Assembly: GCA_000999025.1 (NCBI GenBank)
Contig: LCFM01000007.1
Span: 1 to 54,098 of the forward strand
DNA from: Parcubacteria group bacterium GW2011_GWA2_43_13
GTDB taxonomy: Bacteria; Patescibacteriota; Patescibacteriia; UBA9629; GWA2-43-13
Direction: 5' to 3'
Length of the DNA: 54,098 nucleotides
Made by a program: the position numbers and the translations under genes. The first letter of the stretch is position 1. Each line of letters opens with the position of its first letter. Below, in pieces: positions 29,241-37,746 of this stretch. A model generated the notes under the pieces. That model made no database searches, was not told the origin of the DNA, and saw only the letters and a list, made by a program, of their open reading frames with translations.

Positions 29241-29242
29241 CG

Positions 29243-29271
29243 TTGACTCTCTCTATGGGAAGCAGTATCAT
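29243..29271 (+). promoter_or_regulatory. Sigma70 promoter of hicBA (very short or absent leader)
   Basis: TTGACT-17 nt-TATCAT; ATG begins 8 nt after the -10 box. Confidence 0.65.
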
Positions 29272-29279
29272 GAAGATAT

Positions 29280-29525
29280 ATGAATCAAGGAATTACTGGG
29301 AGAATTTTAGAGTATGTAGCCGTTTTTGAGCAAGAACACGATGGCGGATTTTCTGTTGTTATTCCGGCTCTTCCAGGGTGTATATCCGAGGGAGATACTT
29401 TTGAGGAGGCTCAAGAAAATATCCAAGAAGCCGCTGAACTTTATCTATCTGTGATGAAAGAAAGAAGGAATCTTATACCGAAACAGTCACGATTTGTTGT
29501 TGCGGCAGTAGGCGTGAAGGTCTAA
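29280..29525 (+). CDS. hicB: HicB family antitoxin
   Basis: GGFSVVIPALPGCISEGDTFEEAQENIQEA. Confidence 0.9.
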   Translation: MNQGITGRILEYVAVFEQEHDGGFSVVIPALPGCISEGDTFEEAQENIQEAAELYLSVMKERRNLIPKQSRFVVAAVGVKV

Positions 29526-29532
29526 ATGCGCT

Positions 29533-29751
29533 ATGCCCAAAATTCCTACCCTTAAATCAAGAGAGGTGGAACATATTCTTGAACGGGCAGGGTTTGTGTT
29601 TATACGACAAAAAGGAAGCCATAGGATGTATATTCAGGGAATGCGGGCTGTTGTTCTGCCATGGCATACAAAAGATTTACGAAAAGGAACGCTTTCGAAT
29701 ATTATCGCACGATCAGGATTATCAGTGGAAGAGTTTCTTAACCTTCGTTGA
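29533..29751 (+). CDS. hicA: HicA family toxin
   Basis: LERAGF..RQKGSH, PWH.KDL.KGTL..I. Confidence 0.9.
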   Translation: MPKIPTLKSREVEHILERAGFVFIRQKGSHRMYIQGMRAVVLPWHTKDLRKGTLSNIIARSGLSVEEFLNLR

Positions 29752-29805
29752 GGAGGATACATTTACTGACGACGCAGTGAATAGAAGATATCGTATACAT
29801 TGCAT

Positions 29806-29865
29806 ATGATGAAACGACAATCAATCATGATGTCAATGACCATGATGCCAGCCCCCACGGGTTGA
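29806..29865 (+). CDS. Met-rich leader peptide MMKRQSIMMSMTMMPAPTG
   Basis: 19 codons, 7 of them ATG; its end overlaps the attenuator stems. Confidence 0.75.
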   Translation: MMKRQSIMMSMTMMPAPTG

Positions 29866-29934
29866 AGATTGTTGTTGTAAAGATATTTCTTATTCATAAC
29901 ATCATTCTTTAGCCCTCTATGCGGGCTCTTTTTT
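29849..29934 (+). promoter_or_regulatory. Transcription attenuator (antiterminator plus terminator)
   Basis: 1:2 CAGCCC/GGGTTG; 2:3 GGGTTGAAGA (29859-68)/TCTTTAGCCC (29906-15); 3:4 AGCCC/GGGCT followed by CTTTTTT. Confidence 0.72.
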
Positions 29935-29938
29935 ATCT

Positions 29939-30715
29939 ATGTTTTGTACCATTATTAACGATTGCAAAGATGCTAACGCCTTTGGCCGTCAAAGCACGCG
30001 TGTTGCCTCACTTTTATCGTGTCCAATTACTACGATTGGAGTTTCTTCTGATATAGAGGCGGCTGGTAATCTCATAGACGCACTCGACGCGTCCGAAGGT
30101 CGTGAAGGGTTTATTTTAGTAAATGTTGCTCCACGCGATGGCGCGTCAAAAAAATGGGGGAATGGGTCCCCTTTTGCTTTGTTTTCATATCACAAGACGC
30201 AGGTTATTTCTTCTGTGGAAGGATATACTCTTTCTTTGGTAAAAAAATTATTACCACAATCGCACTTGCAGATTATTTCTTTTGAAAAAATTGTTTCGCT
30301 GTTTTCTGATCTTGACGAAGCGGGTAAAATTCGCATAGCGACAACCCAGTTTAGAAGTTTTGAATTTTTACCGCGCATCGCATGTCTGCTTGCGCAATCA
30401 GTGGTTGACATTCCAACAACTCCGCTTGCATGGGATACTATCCAAGATATCTCACCAACAATCTGGTGGGTAGATAATTTTGGAAACTGCAAAACAACTT
30501 TAACCAATCAAGATATTGAAGTCGAAACAACAAAAATCATTTCATTCCCGTTTGGCGAACTGCCATTCTATCTGCGATTGAAAGATGTGCCAGACAACAT
30601 CACTGCCTGCGTCATCGGTAGCTCCGGTATCAATAATATTCGCTTGCTCGAAATCGTTGTTCAAGGCGGATCGGCCACGCAGACCTTGAACATCGGTATA
30701 AGAAATCGTCTCTAA
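29939..30715 (+). CDS. SAM hydroxide adenosyltransferase / SAM-dependent halogenase family (DUF62)
   Basis: ILVNVAPR, TQFRS, WVDNFGNCKT, GSSG...LEIVVQGGSA. Confidence 0.72.
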   Translation: MFCTIINDCKDANAFGRQSTRVASLLSCPITTIGVSSDIEAAGNLIDALDASEGREGFILVNVAPRDGASKKWGNGSPFALFSYHKTQVISSVEGYTLSLVKKLLPQSHLQIISFEKIVSLFSDLDEAGKIRIATTQFRSFEFLPRIACLLAQSVVDIPTTPLAWDTIQDISPTIWWVDNFGNCKTTLTNQDIEVETTKIISFPFGELPFYLRLKDVPDNITACVIGSSGINNIRLLEIVVQGGSATQTLNIGIRNRL

Positions 30716-30857
30716 TACAAAAAAAGAGCGGGGGAGTGTTTTATGAGGATTTAAAAAAGACAAATAAAAAATAGGCCACAGTTGAGAGTGGCCCTTGAAT
30801 CCTTGGTTGAACGAAGGATTCATCGTTTGACACATTCTCTAATGAAGGGAACATGTA

Positions 30858-31457
30858 TTATGCGGGAGTTGTTTTGCGGAGGGCAATAAAGCAAATCCCC
30901 CAATTGCAGATGAGTCCAAGGATGGGGTAGACACCGTCTTGGACATCACCTTTCCATCGGAGAACGACAACCATGGCTGTGAGAATGTACGATACTCCCC
31001 AAAGAAACCACGGCACCGGTTTTTCTTTTTGAGGATCTTTGAGTACTTCGGCGGCAGTAGGGATGTATCCCATTGCCAGCGCGAGTTGGAGAAACAGATT
31101 GGCAATAGTTGCACTCTTGGTTTTCCACCACATCAACATCGAGACACACGCAATCGTCAGGCATATATATTCAAGCAATGTGAGTTGCTTCATACTGGCC
31201 TGTTGATTCCGTTTTGCAAATGCCCACACAAACGTGAGTACATTGATGACGCTTGAGACAAGTGGGAGAACTGTCTTAACATCGTCCCCAGTCATAAGGC
31301 GGTAACTGAGGAGGTTAAGGATCTGAATCACAGCCCATAATCCCCATGACGAAAGATTGGGGGTGGCGCGACCTTTATGGATATGCAGAAAGTAGAATGC
31401 AAACCCACTGAGATTAACCATCCCAGATACCATGGCAATGGCGAGTGAAAAGTTCAT
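30858..31457 (-). CDS. Integral membrane protein (two PQ-loop-like halves)
   Basis: About 7 TM segments; GRATPNLSSW and IPT...PQKE..PW half-repeats. Confidence 0.65.
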   Translation of the reverse strand: MNFSLAIAMVSGMVNLSGFAFYFLHIHKGRATPNLSSWGLWAVIQILNLLSYRLMTGDDVKTVLPLVSSVINVLTFVWAFAKRNQQASMKQLTLLEYICLTIACVSMLMWWKTKSATIANLFLQLALAMGYIPTAAEVLKDPQKEKPVPWFLWGVSYILTAMVVVLRWKGDVQDGVYPILGLICNWGICFIALRKTTPA

Positions 31458-31498
31458 CTGTCATCCTTTCGAGGGGATAAGTTGCGCAATCGGGGGAT

Positions 31499-31570
31499 AT
31501 TATGATGGAAAGATTTCTTTTGTCAAGTTGATCATTGTTGACATAATTGTCATTTTTAGGTTATAACAAT
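31499..31570. promoter_or_regulatory. Back-to-back sigma70 promoters with a palindromic operator-like site
   Basis: Minus strand TTGACA (31526-21)...CATAAT; plus strand TTGACA (31538-43); palindrome TGACA-taat-TGTCA at 31539-31552. Confidence 0.5.
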
Positions 31571-31622
31571 GGCATGTTCTTTTGAGTTTTTGTGTAGGTG
31601 AGAATTTGAAGGGGGGCATACG

Positions 31623-33179
31623 ATGATCCGTGTTCTTGCAGTGTCCGCTCCAGAGTTACCGTCAGGAGGTATTGGGTTTGCTCTGACAAGTCGCGACCCT
31701 GTGAGCTTATATAACGCTTGTCGTTATGCGGCTTTTTTAGCGGAAAACAGGGTTGGTATGTGGAGTGAGTCTAATTGGGCAGTACCACGAATACAACGCA
31801 GGAGATCAGTCCTACTTATGCATTCCCTACAGGATGATCTTCCGCGTTTTGTGCAAGCCCTTGAAGAAGTGAGGCCGAATCTTTTATTGCTTGGGGCAAT
31901 GACGCCTTGTCTTCCCGGTGCTGTCGCGTGTGCTACGATTGCCAAAGAAATGTTTGGCGATGATGTGTGTGTTGTACTGGGAGGTCGTCATGCCACAGAA
32001 ACAATCTATCACAGTGCCGGCATCTGCGCTGGTCCGGTGGCACATCATCATGGCTCTCCGATTCGCCTGATGGCAGAGGGGCTCATTCCTCTATGTTTTG
32101 ATCTGGTAATCGCCGGTGAGGGCGAGCACCTTATTCCATGGTTAGGGGAAACCATCGGCCATCTTGAGCAACGCGGTATTCCTTGTGCGCGTGTACAATT
32201 TCACCTCGATGGTGTGTGTGATGTCCCTGGTAATTGGATCATGAGCTGGTGTGATAATGGGGATGGTTTTACTGTTGAAGGGAAAGGAATCCCTATTGAT
32301 CGCAATACTCTTCCTATACCATGCGACATGTTTGGGATTGGGACGGCCTTTGACGTGTTTGATGGCCGTTTAACGGCACACGCATTTAGTGATACCGGCC
32401 CTGGCTGTGCGTTTGACTGTAATTACTGCAGTGAGCGACGCAGTACCGCAGGATCACTGCTGCAACTCGAAACGAGCGCGACGCGTTTGTATCGGCAATT
32501 GCATGCGGCTGTTCGTGTTGTTGCTCATGATAGTCCTCAACAAAAAGCATCAGCGTTTGTTGAGGACTCCACGATATTGGCTGGATCTGTTTCTGCGTTG
32601 AAGCAATTTGTCCGCCAGTTGGAGCGATTTCCTTTGGATATTCGCTTTGGAGGGCAGTTGACTATTGACCAGATCACCAGCCGCAGAGAGATTCTCTCGA
32701 CATTGAAGAAGGTAGGGTTAGATTACCTCTTTATTGGCATCGAAACGCTCAACCCCAATGAAATTGGCGGAATGAGTAAAGACCTCAAGCAGGCGACTGC
32801 CAGTTGGAAGTCCCGTATTGACGAGGTACTCGATCTGCTTTCTTCTCTCGGTATTCAAGCCGGTTCTGCGCTACTGTTTGGTTTGGGAGAATCGGTGCAT
32901 TCCCGTGAACAGTTGTTTGAGTGTTTACAAGGGTGGCGTGCTCGGTATGGCATGCCTCATCCAGTAAGCATCAATTGGGCAGTACAGCATCCACTGAAAG
33001 GAGAAGATCACGGGATGCAGTATCGGTACCATGAATGGGGAATCCCTGATGGTCCATTCATCGAGGCCTTTCAGGGATATGGAGAAGCATCAATTCTGTA
33101 CCCCATTGCAGGGCAAGCTCGTCCGACCTTGGATGAAGTATTGCATGTGCGTGCAATGTACGAATCACTCATTTCATAA
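31623..33179 (+). CDS. B12-binding-domain radical SAM protein
   Basis: VVLGGRHAT, DLVIAGEGE (cobalamin-binding-like); CxxxCxxC = GCAFDCNYC; FIGIET. Confidence 0.82.
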   Translation: MIRVLAVSAPELPSGGIGFALTSRDPVSLYNACRYAAFLAENRVGMWSESNWAVPRIQRRRSVLLMHSLQDDLPRFVQALEEVRPNLLLLGAMTPCLPGAVACATIAKEMFGDDVCVVLGGRHATETIYHSAGICAGPVAHHHGSPIRLMAEGLIPLCFDLVIAGEGEHLIPWLGETIGHLEQRGIPCARVQFHLDGVCDVPGNWIMSWCDNGDGFTVEGKGIPIDRNTLPIPCDMFGIGTAFDVFDGRLTAHAFSDTGPGCAFDCNYCSERRSTAGSLLQLETSATRLYRQLHAAVRVVAHDSPQQKASAFVEDSTILAGSVSALKQFVRQLERFPLDIRFGGQLTIDQITSRREILSTLKKVGLDYLFIGIETLNPNEIGGMSKDLKQATASWKSRIDEVLDLLSSLGIQAGSALLFGLGESVHSREQLFECLQGWRARYGMPHPVSINWAVQHPLKGEDHGMQYRYHEWGIPDGPFIEAFQGYGEASILYPIAGQARPTLDEVLHVRAMYESLIS

Positions 33180-33189
33180 GGAGTTCGCT

Positions 33190-33873
33190 ATGATCTCAAT
33201 TGATCAGCAACTGAAAACAGTTGCACCAAAGTTGCGTCTTGGGATTGTGGTTGCCGATGGCATTGTCGTTCAAAAGAGGGACGACGTCCTCTGGAGCGAC
33301 CTCAAGCGACAAGGACGGACTTTGGCAAAACAGTATCCGACGCGAGAAGCCCTGCGACAGGCGCCAGAGATTTCTGCGTTGGATCGGGCGTATCGTTCGT
33401 TGGGGGTTGACCCTCGCCGATATCCTGGATCTGCCGAAGCACTTGGTTTGCGGATGTTGTCCGATGATCAGGGTAAGGTAAAGGGATTGTATCAAATCAA
33501 CACGGCAGTTGATGCGAACAATCTCGTATCTTTGCAAACCCTGTGTTCAGTGGGCGTGTACGACTTGAAAAACCTTCACGAACCGCTCGTGTTTCGCGTA
33601 GGGCAAGTCGGAGAAGGATACACGGGAATTGGCAAGGAAAAGGTGAGTATCGCCAACCTTCCGGTATTTGCCGACGCGAATGGCCCTTACGGTAGTCCGA
33701 CTGCCGATTCCAACAGGGCGATGATCACGCTCGAAACAAAACGGATGATGCTGGTCATCATCAGTTTTGCTGGTGACGCTCTGCTGGATCTCAAGGTTTC
33801 TGACACCTCGGATATGCTTCAGGAGTATCTGAACGTCTCGCACAATCACGTGAGCACACAGATCGTGGAGTAG
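33190..33873 (+). CDS. Free-standing B3/4 (PheRS beta editing-like) domain protein
   Basis: AYRSLGVDPRRYPGSAEAL, INTAVDANNLVSL, VGVYD, DANGPYGSPTADS; AAGGAG RBS, ATG at 33190. Confidence 0.85.
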   Translation: MISIDQQLKTVAPKLRLGIVVADGIVVQKRDDVLWSDLKRQGRTLAKQYPTREALRQAPEISALDRAYRSLGVDPRRYPGSAEALGLRMLSDDQGKVKGLYQINTAVDANNLVSLQTLCSVGVYDLKNLHEPLVFRVGQVGEGYTGIGKEKVSIANLPVFADANGPYGSPTADSNRAMITLETKRMMLVIISFAGDALLDLKVSDTSDMLQEYLNVSHNHVSTQIVE

Positions 33874-33876
33874 GCG

Positions 33877-34587
33877 ATGAGTCACTCGGATCCTCAAACA
33901 TTCTATGGTAGCGGGGCAGGAGACGCACTTGTAAATCCTGCCCACTACCCTGAAGAGATTGTCTGTTTTCTTTCTGCGGAGTCGGAGATATTGGAGCTCT
34001 GCGCTTCATCTTTCTCCACGCTGATAGAATGCGGATGCATGGATGGCCGGTTCCTTCCATGGGCCCATGATCACGGTAAAGCATATATCGGCATCGAGCC
34101 GGTGGAGCGGTATGTTACGCAAGCGCGCCATACCGTAGAGGCATTGCAGGCGAACGCAGTCATGTGCTGTGACGGTGCTGAAAACATATGCGCTATCCTT
34201 ACTGATCATGGAATTGATCCGAGGGTCGCAATGGCGTTTTTCCCGTTTAACAGCATCGGCAATGTGTCAGCAATCATGCCTGTGGTCAATGCCCTTGCTC
34301 AAAGCGATGTTGGGGTATGTATAAGTACATACCAAACAACTGATTTGGCAACAGATGCCCGCCGAAGGTATTACGAACGTTGTGGGTACGAGCAACTTCG
34401 GTGCCGTACAACGCAGGAGGGAGTTTGTTTTGAGGCAATAGGAGGGTTATGCACATGGGCATACCATGTGCCTTATTTCATCTCCCTTGCTCATGACCAT
34501 GGGATTGTTTTTACTGCTATTCCTTTTGCGGGTATAGGAGTAGTATATTTCTCAAAAAACCTTTACCCGTACGAATGGCGTCAGTAA
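33877..34587 (+). CDS. Class I SAM-dependent methyltransferase
   Basis: LIECGCMDGR (motif I), YIGIEP, FPFNSIGN. Confidence 0.7.
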   Translation: MSHSDPQTFYGSGAGDALVNPAHYPEEIVCFLSAESEILELCASSFSTLIECGCMDGRFLPWAHDHGKAYIGIEPVERYVTQARHTVEALQANAVMCCDGAENICAILTDHGIDPRVAMAFFPFNSIGNVSAIMPVVNALAQSDVGVCISTYQTTDLATDARRRYYERCGYEQLRCRTTQEGVCFEAIGGLCTWAYHVPYFISLAHDHGIVFTAIPFAGIGVVYFSKNLYPYEWRQ

Positions 34588-34633
34588 CGAGACGCCTTTT
34601 TTCTTTGACAAAAAGGGTTATTTTATGTAAGTT
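34577..34633 (+). promoter_or_regulatory. Terminator directly followed by the sigma70 promoter of the bacterial-type proS
   Basis: GGCGTC/GACGCC plus T6, then TTGACA (34605)-17 nt-TAAGTT. Confidence 0.6.
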
Positions 34634-34687
34634 CTTTTTATCTGCGACGACTGTACCTACCACTCGTTATACTTCAAGGAGAAGATC

Positions 34688-36427
34688 ATGAGAGCGTCCA
34701 TGATGGATCTTGTTACGATGCGCGAGACTCCGACCAACGCTGTGGCTAAAAGTCACGCGTTCATGCTACGCACTGGTCTGATCGAACCAGAGTCAGCGGG
34801 CGTGTTTTCATACACAGCGCTGGCGGTGCGAAGCATGCTCAAGATCGAACAGATCGTCCGCGAAGAAATGAATCACGCGGGCGGGCAAGAGATTCGTCTC
34901 CCGGTTCTGTTGTCTGCTGATCCATGGAAGCAGACAGGTCGTTGGGACAGCATGGATGTCCTGTTCAAACTCGAAGCCGATGGGACGCAGTTCTTGTTGG
35001 GGCCGACTCATGAGGAGCCGATTACGTTGTTGGCTAAGAAGCGGATTCGTTCCCGAAGCCAACTCCCCCAACGCTGGTACCAGATCACCCCGAAATTCCG
35101 GAAGGAAAAGCGTCCGCGTGCCGGCGTACTGCGCGTTCGTGAGTTCATAATGAAGGATCTGTACTCTTTTGACGCAGACGCCAAAGGGATGGACCGAAGC
35201 TACGATGCTATGGTTCGCGCGTACTGGGCCATCTTCACGCGATGCGGTCTGACAACCCTGTTCCAGACACAGGCGGACTCAGGCGCAATCGGCGGTGATG
35301 CGTCTGAAGAGTTCATCGTTCCGGCATCATCCTCTGCTGGAGAGTGCGAAATTGTACACTGCACTGAGTGCGGGTACACCGCAAACATCGAAAAGGCGTC
35401 ATGCACTATTCCTCCATGGAAGGAGGAAGCTCTCAACCCGATGGAGAAGCTGCATACTCCGAACGCCGGAACCATTGCAGAGGTCAGTGCGTTTCTTGGC
35501 GTTACACCAGAACGGTTGGTTAAGACCCTCATCTACGAGGCAAAGTACAAAGGAGCCCAAACTGAGGTTTTCGCGATTCTGATCCGCGGAAATCTCGATG
35601 TGAATGAGGTCAAACTCAAAAACGCACTCGGATCAGAGTGCATTTCAGTCAAGCCGGCTATGATTCCGGATATCGAAGAGGTAACCGGTGCGGCTGTCGG
35701 TTTTGCTGGTCCGCTGGGCATTCAATGCCCGATTCTCGCAGACGGATCTGTCGTTGGGATCCAGAACTTCGTGAGTGGAGCAAACGACACGGACTATCAT
35801 TTCGTCAACATGAACTGGGGGCGGGACGTCAAATCACCGGATAAGGTGGTGGATGTTCGCAGTGTCAGGGCCGGCGACTGTTGCCCAAGGTGCACTAATG
35901 CACTTGAAGCATACACCGGAATTGAGGTTGGACATGTGTTCAAGCTCGGGACCGTCTACGCCGAGAAGCTCAAAGCCACCTTTCAGTTGGCAGATGGTTC
36001 TCATCAGCCGTTCTGGATGGGGTGCTATGGCATCGGCATCGGACGGATCATGGCGGCCAGCATCGAGTTACATGCTGACGAGCGGGGGGTTGTATGGCCT
36101 GTTGCAATCGCGCCGTATCACTGTGTGGTGATTCCGGCGAACCTCGCTAAGCACGGCGACGAGGCCGGGAACATCTACCGCGATCTGTGCGATACCACCG
36201 ATGTTGAGGTGGTGTACGATGACCGCGATTTCAGTTTCGGTGTGAAAATTGCGGATGCCGAGCTGATCGGTTATCCGTTTATCATCGTCGTCGGCAACAA
36301 AGGCATCGAAGTACGAACCCGCATGACCGGAGAGGTAACCTCATTGCTTTCTCTATATGAGGCGGTCGGCATGGTGTCTCAAGGAGTGGAAACCGCTCTG
36401 TATTTCGCAAATTCGAACGCACATTAG
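34688..36427 (+). CDS. proS: Proline--tRNA ligase, bacterial type with INS editing domain
   Basis: LGPTHEE, KFR.E.RPR.G..R.REF.MKD.YSF, INS domain (TP..GTI, VKTL, GFAGP, GAN..DYH), GIEVGHVFKLG, MGCYGIG. Confidence 0.93.
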   Translation: MRASMMDLVTMRETPTNAVAKSHAFMLRTGLIEPESAGVFSYTALAVRSMLKIEQIVREEMNHAGGQEIRLPVLLSADPWKQTGRWDSMDVLFKLEADGTQFLLGPTHEEPITLLAKKRIRSRSQLPQRWYQITPKFRKEKRPRAGVLRVREFIMKDLYSFDADAKGMDRSYDAMVRAYWAIFTRCGLTTLFQTQADSGAIGGDASEEFIVPASSSAGECEIVHCTECGYTANIEKASCTIPPWKEEALNPMEKLHTPNAGTIAEVSAFLGVTPERLVKTLIYEAKYKGAQTEVFAILIRGNLDVNEVKLKNALGSECISVKPAMIPDIEEVTGAAVGFAGPLGIQCPILADGSVVGIQNFVSGANDTDYHFVNMNWGRDVKSPDKVVDVRSVRAGDCCPRCTNALEAYTGIEVGHVFKLGTVYAEKLKATFQLADGSHQPFWMGCYGIGIGRIMAASIELHADERGVVWPVAIAPYHCVVIPANLAKHGDEAGNIYRDLCDTTDVEVVYDDRDFSFGVKIADAELIGYPFIIVVGNKGIEVRTRMTGEVTSLLSLYEAVGMVSQGVETALYFANSNAH

Positions 36428-36452
36428 GAGGATGGCCTATGGTCGTCTCAAA

Positions 36453-36532
36453 GAGGTATACCCAAGAAGCACATACATTGCTAACAGGTATACCTCATTT
36501 TTTTTGACAAAAAATTAGCGGCGTAATATATT
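36453..36532 (+). promoter_or_regulatory. Terminator directly followed by a sigma70 promoter
   Basis: GAGGTATACC...GGTATACCTC plus T run, then TTGACA (36504)-17 nt-TATATT. Confidence 0.55.
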
Positions 36533-36584
36533 TGTTATCAATCGAAACGGGTGTGTCCGCAACTTGAGGTGAAGGGATTTGACA

Positions 36585-37337
36585 ATGCGACTCTGTCGCC
36601 CAGTCATCTACTTCGTATCGTGTCGCACAAAGGGGGTGCAGGGCAGGGAAGTTGGATTATTCAGATCCATTTTCCAGCCACTTGACCCTAATATCGAGGT
36701 GCACGTTAAGAGTGCGCCTCACAACTTTTCGGTTGATGAGTTCATTCAAACCCGAAATAGTGGAGTCATCATCGGAGGTTCGGATGCGTCAGTGTATGAT
36801 TCTCTGCCTTGGCTTCCCAAGTTACAGAGCTTCATCAAGTACTGCCACGAGTCACACATCCCGCTGTTAGGGATTTGCTTTGGGCATCAGCTCATTGCAA
36901 CAACCTTAGCAAACGCCATCGTTGACAAAGATCCCAGAGGACGTGAATTCGGACGCGTTGCGGTGGATCTTACTGTCGCTGGCATGTTCGATGAGTTATT
37001 CCTGGACATACCTGAACGCTTCTGGGGATTGGCAACTCACCGCGATTCAGTGGTGCGTTTGCCTCAAAATCCAGATGTGAAGGTTCTCGCAGAGACTCAC
37101 CACAATGGAGTTCAGTCGTTAGCGATCGGCGGCAAAACGCGGACGGTCCAATTCCATCCCGAGTGCCTTGCTGAAGACATTGCCTCACGCGCTCGTGCGC
37201 GTCAAGCGGCACTCATGGCAGAAGGGTTTTTCAAGAATGAGGCAGAGTACGCTGACTTTCTGGCGCACTTGGCGGAAACGCCTGACGCCCGGAAAGTTCT
37301 GGGAAACTGGTACAGCAAACTCGTGTTGTGGCGGTGA
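36585..37337 (+). CDS. Class I glutamine amidotransferase-like protein
   Basis: IIGGS.ASVYD, LGICFGHQ, HRDSV, VQFHPE (Cys-His-Glu triad). Confidence 0.85.
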   Translation: MRLCRPVIYFVSCRTKGVQGREVGLFRSIFQPLDPNIEVHVKSAPHNFSVDEFIQTRNSGVIIGGSDASVYDSLPWLPKLQSFIKYCHESHIPLLGICFGHQLIATTLANAIVDKDPRGREFGRVAVDLTVAGMFDELFLDIPERFWGLATHRDSVVRLPQNPDVKVLAETHHNGVQSLAIGGKTRTVQFHPECLAEDIASRARARQAALMAEGFFKNEAEYADFLAHLAETPDARKVLGNWYSKLVLWR

Positions 37338-37454
37338 AACCATGATCGAGGGTAACCCTCGAGGGAATGCCTTTACACCCAAGGTGTTCCCGTTTTTTTG
37401 CCTTTTTTATTTTTTTCTTGACATTTTTTTTCACACAGTGCCTAATAGTATTAA

Positions 37455-37733
37455 TGATGCAAACAGGAAAGAATAGTAATGAGTATCCACTTACCAGAGA
37501 GCTCGTGGCTGGTGAAAACGAGTTAAGTGATATTTGTGAACCCGCTTTCTTTTGGGGCCTTGGAAAAATCCGTGCGCAGAGCGCGGAACAACAAGGCGAG
37601 TGTCCTCGCTCTACAAAGAGGCAATAAGCACAAAGATAGGTGGTACCACGATAAGCATAGAGACATCACACTCTAAAACGCTTTCGTCCTATCAATCATT
37701 TTTTGAATGGTTGAAAGACGAAAGTGTTTTTTT
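37455..37733 (+). promoter_or_regulatory. T-box riboswitch, proline specifier (CCC)
   Basis: AGTA, AGAGA and GGTGAA stem I motifs; GAA-CCC specifier at 37541-43; T-box AGGTGGTACCACG at 37638-50; terminator AAAACGCTTTCGTC...GACGAAAGTGTTTTTTT. Confidence 0.9.
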
Positions 37734-37746
37734 ATACACACAAAAT

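Noticed and set aside
37552-37746. 65-aa N-terminal extension of ProB in the ORF track
   Set aside because: It is the T-box leader read in frame; kinase motifs begin after ATG 37747
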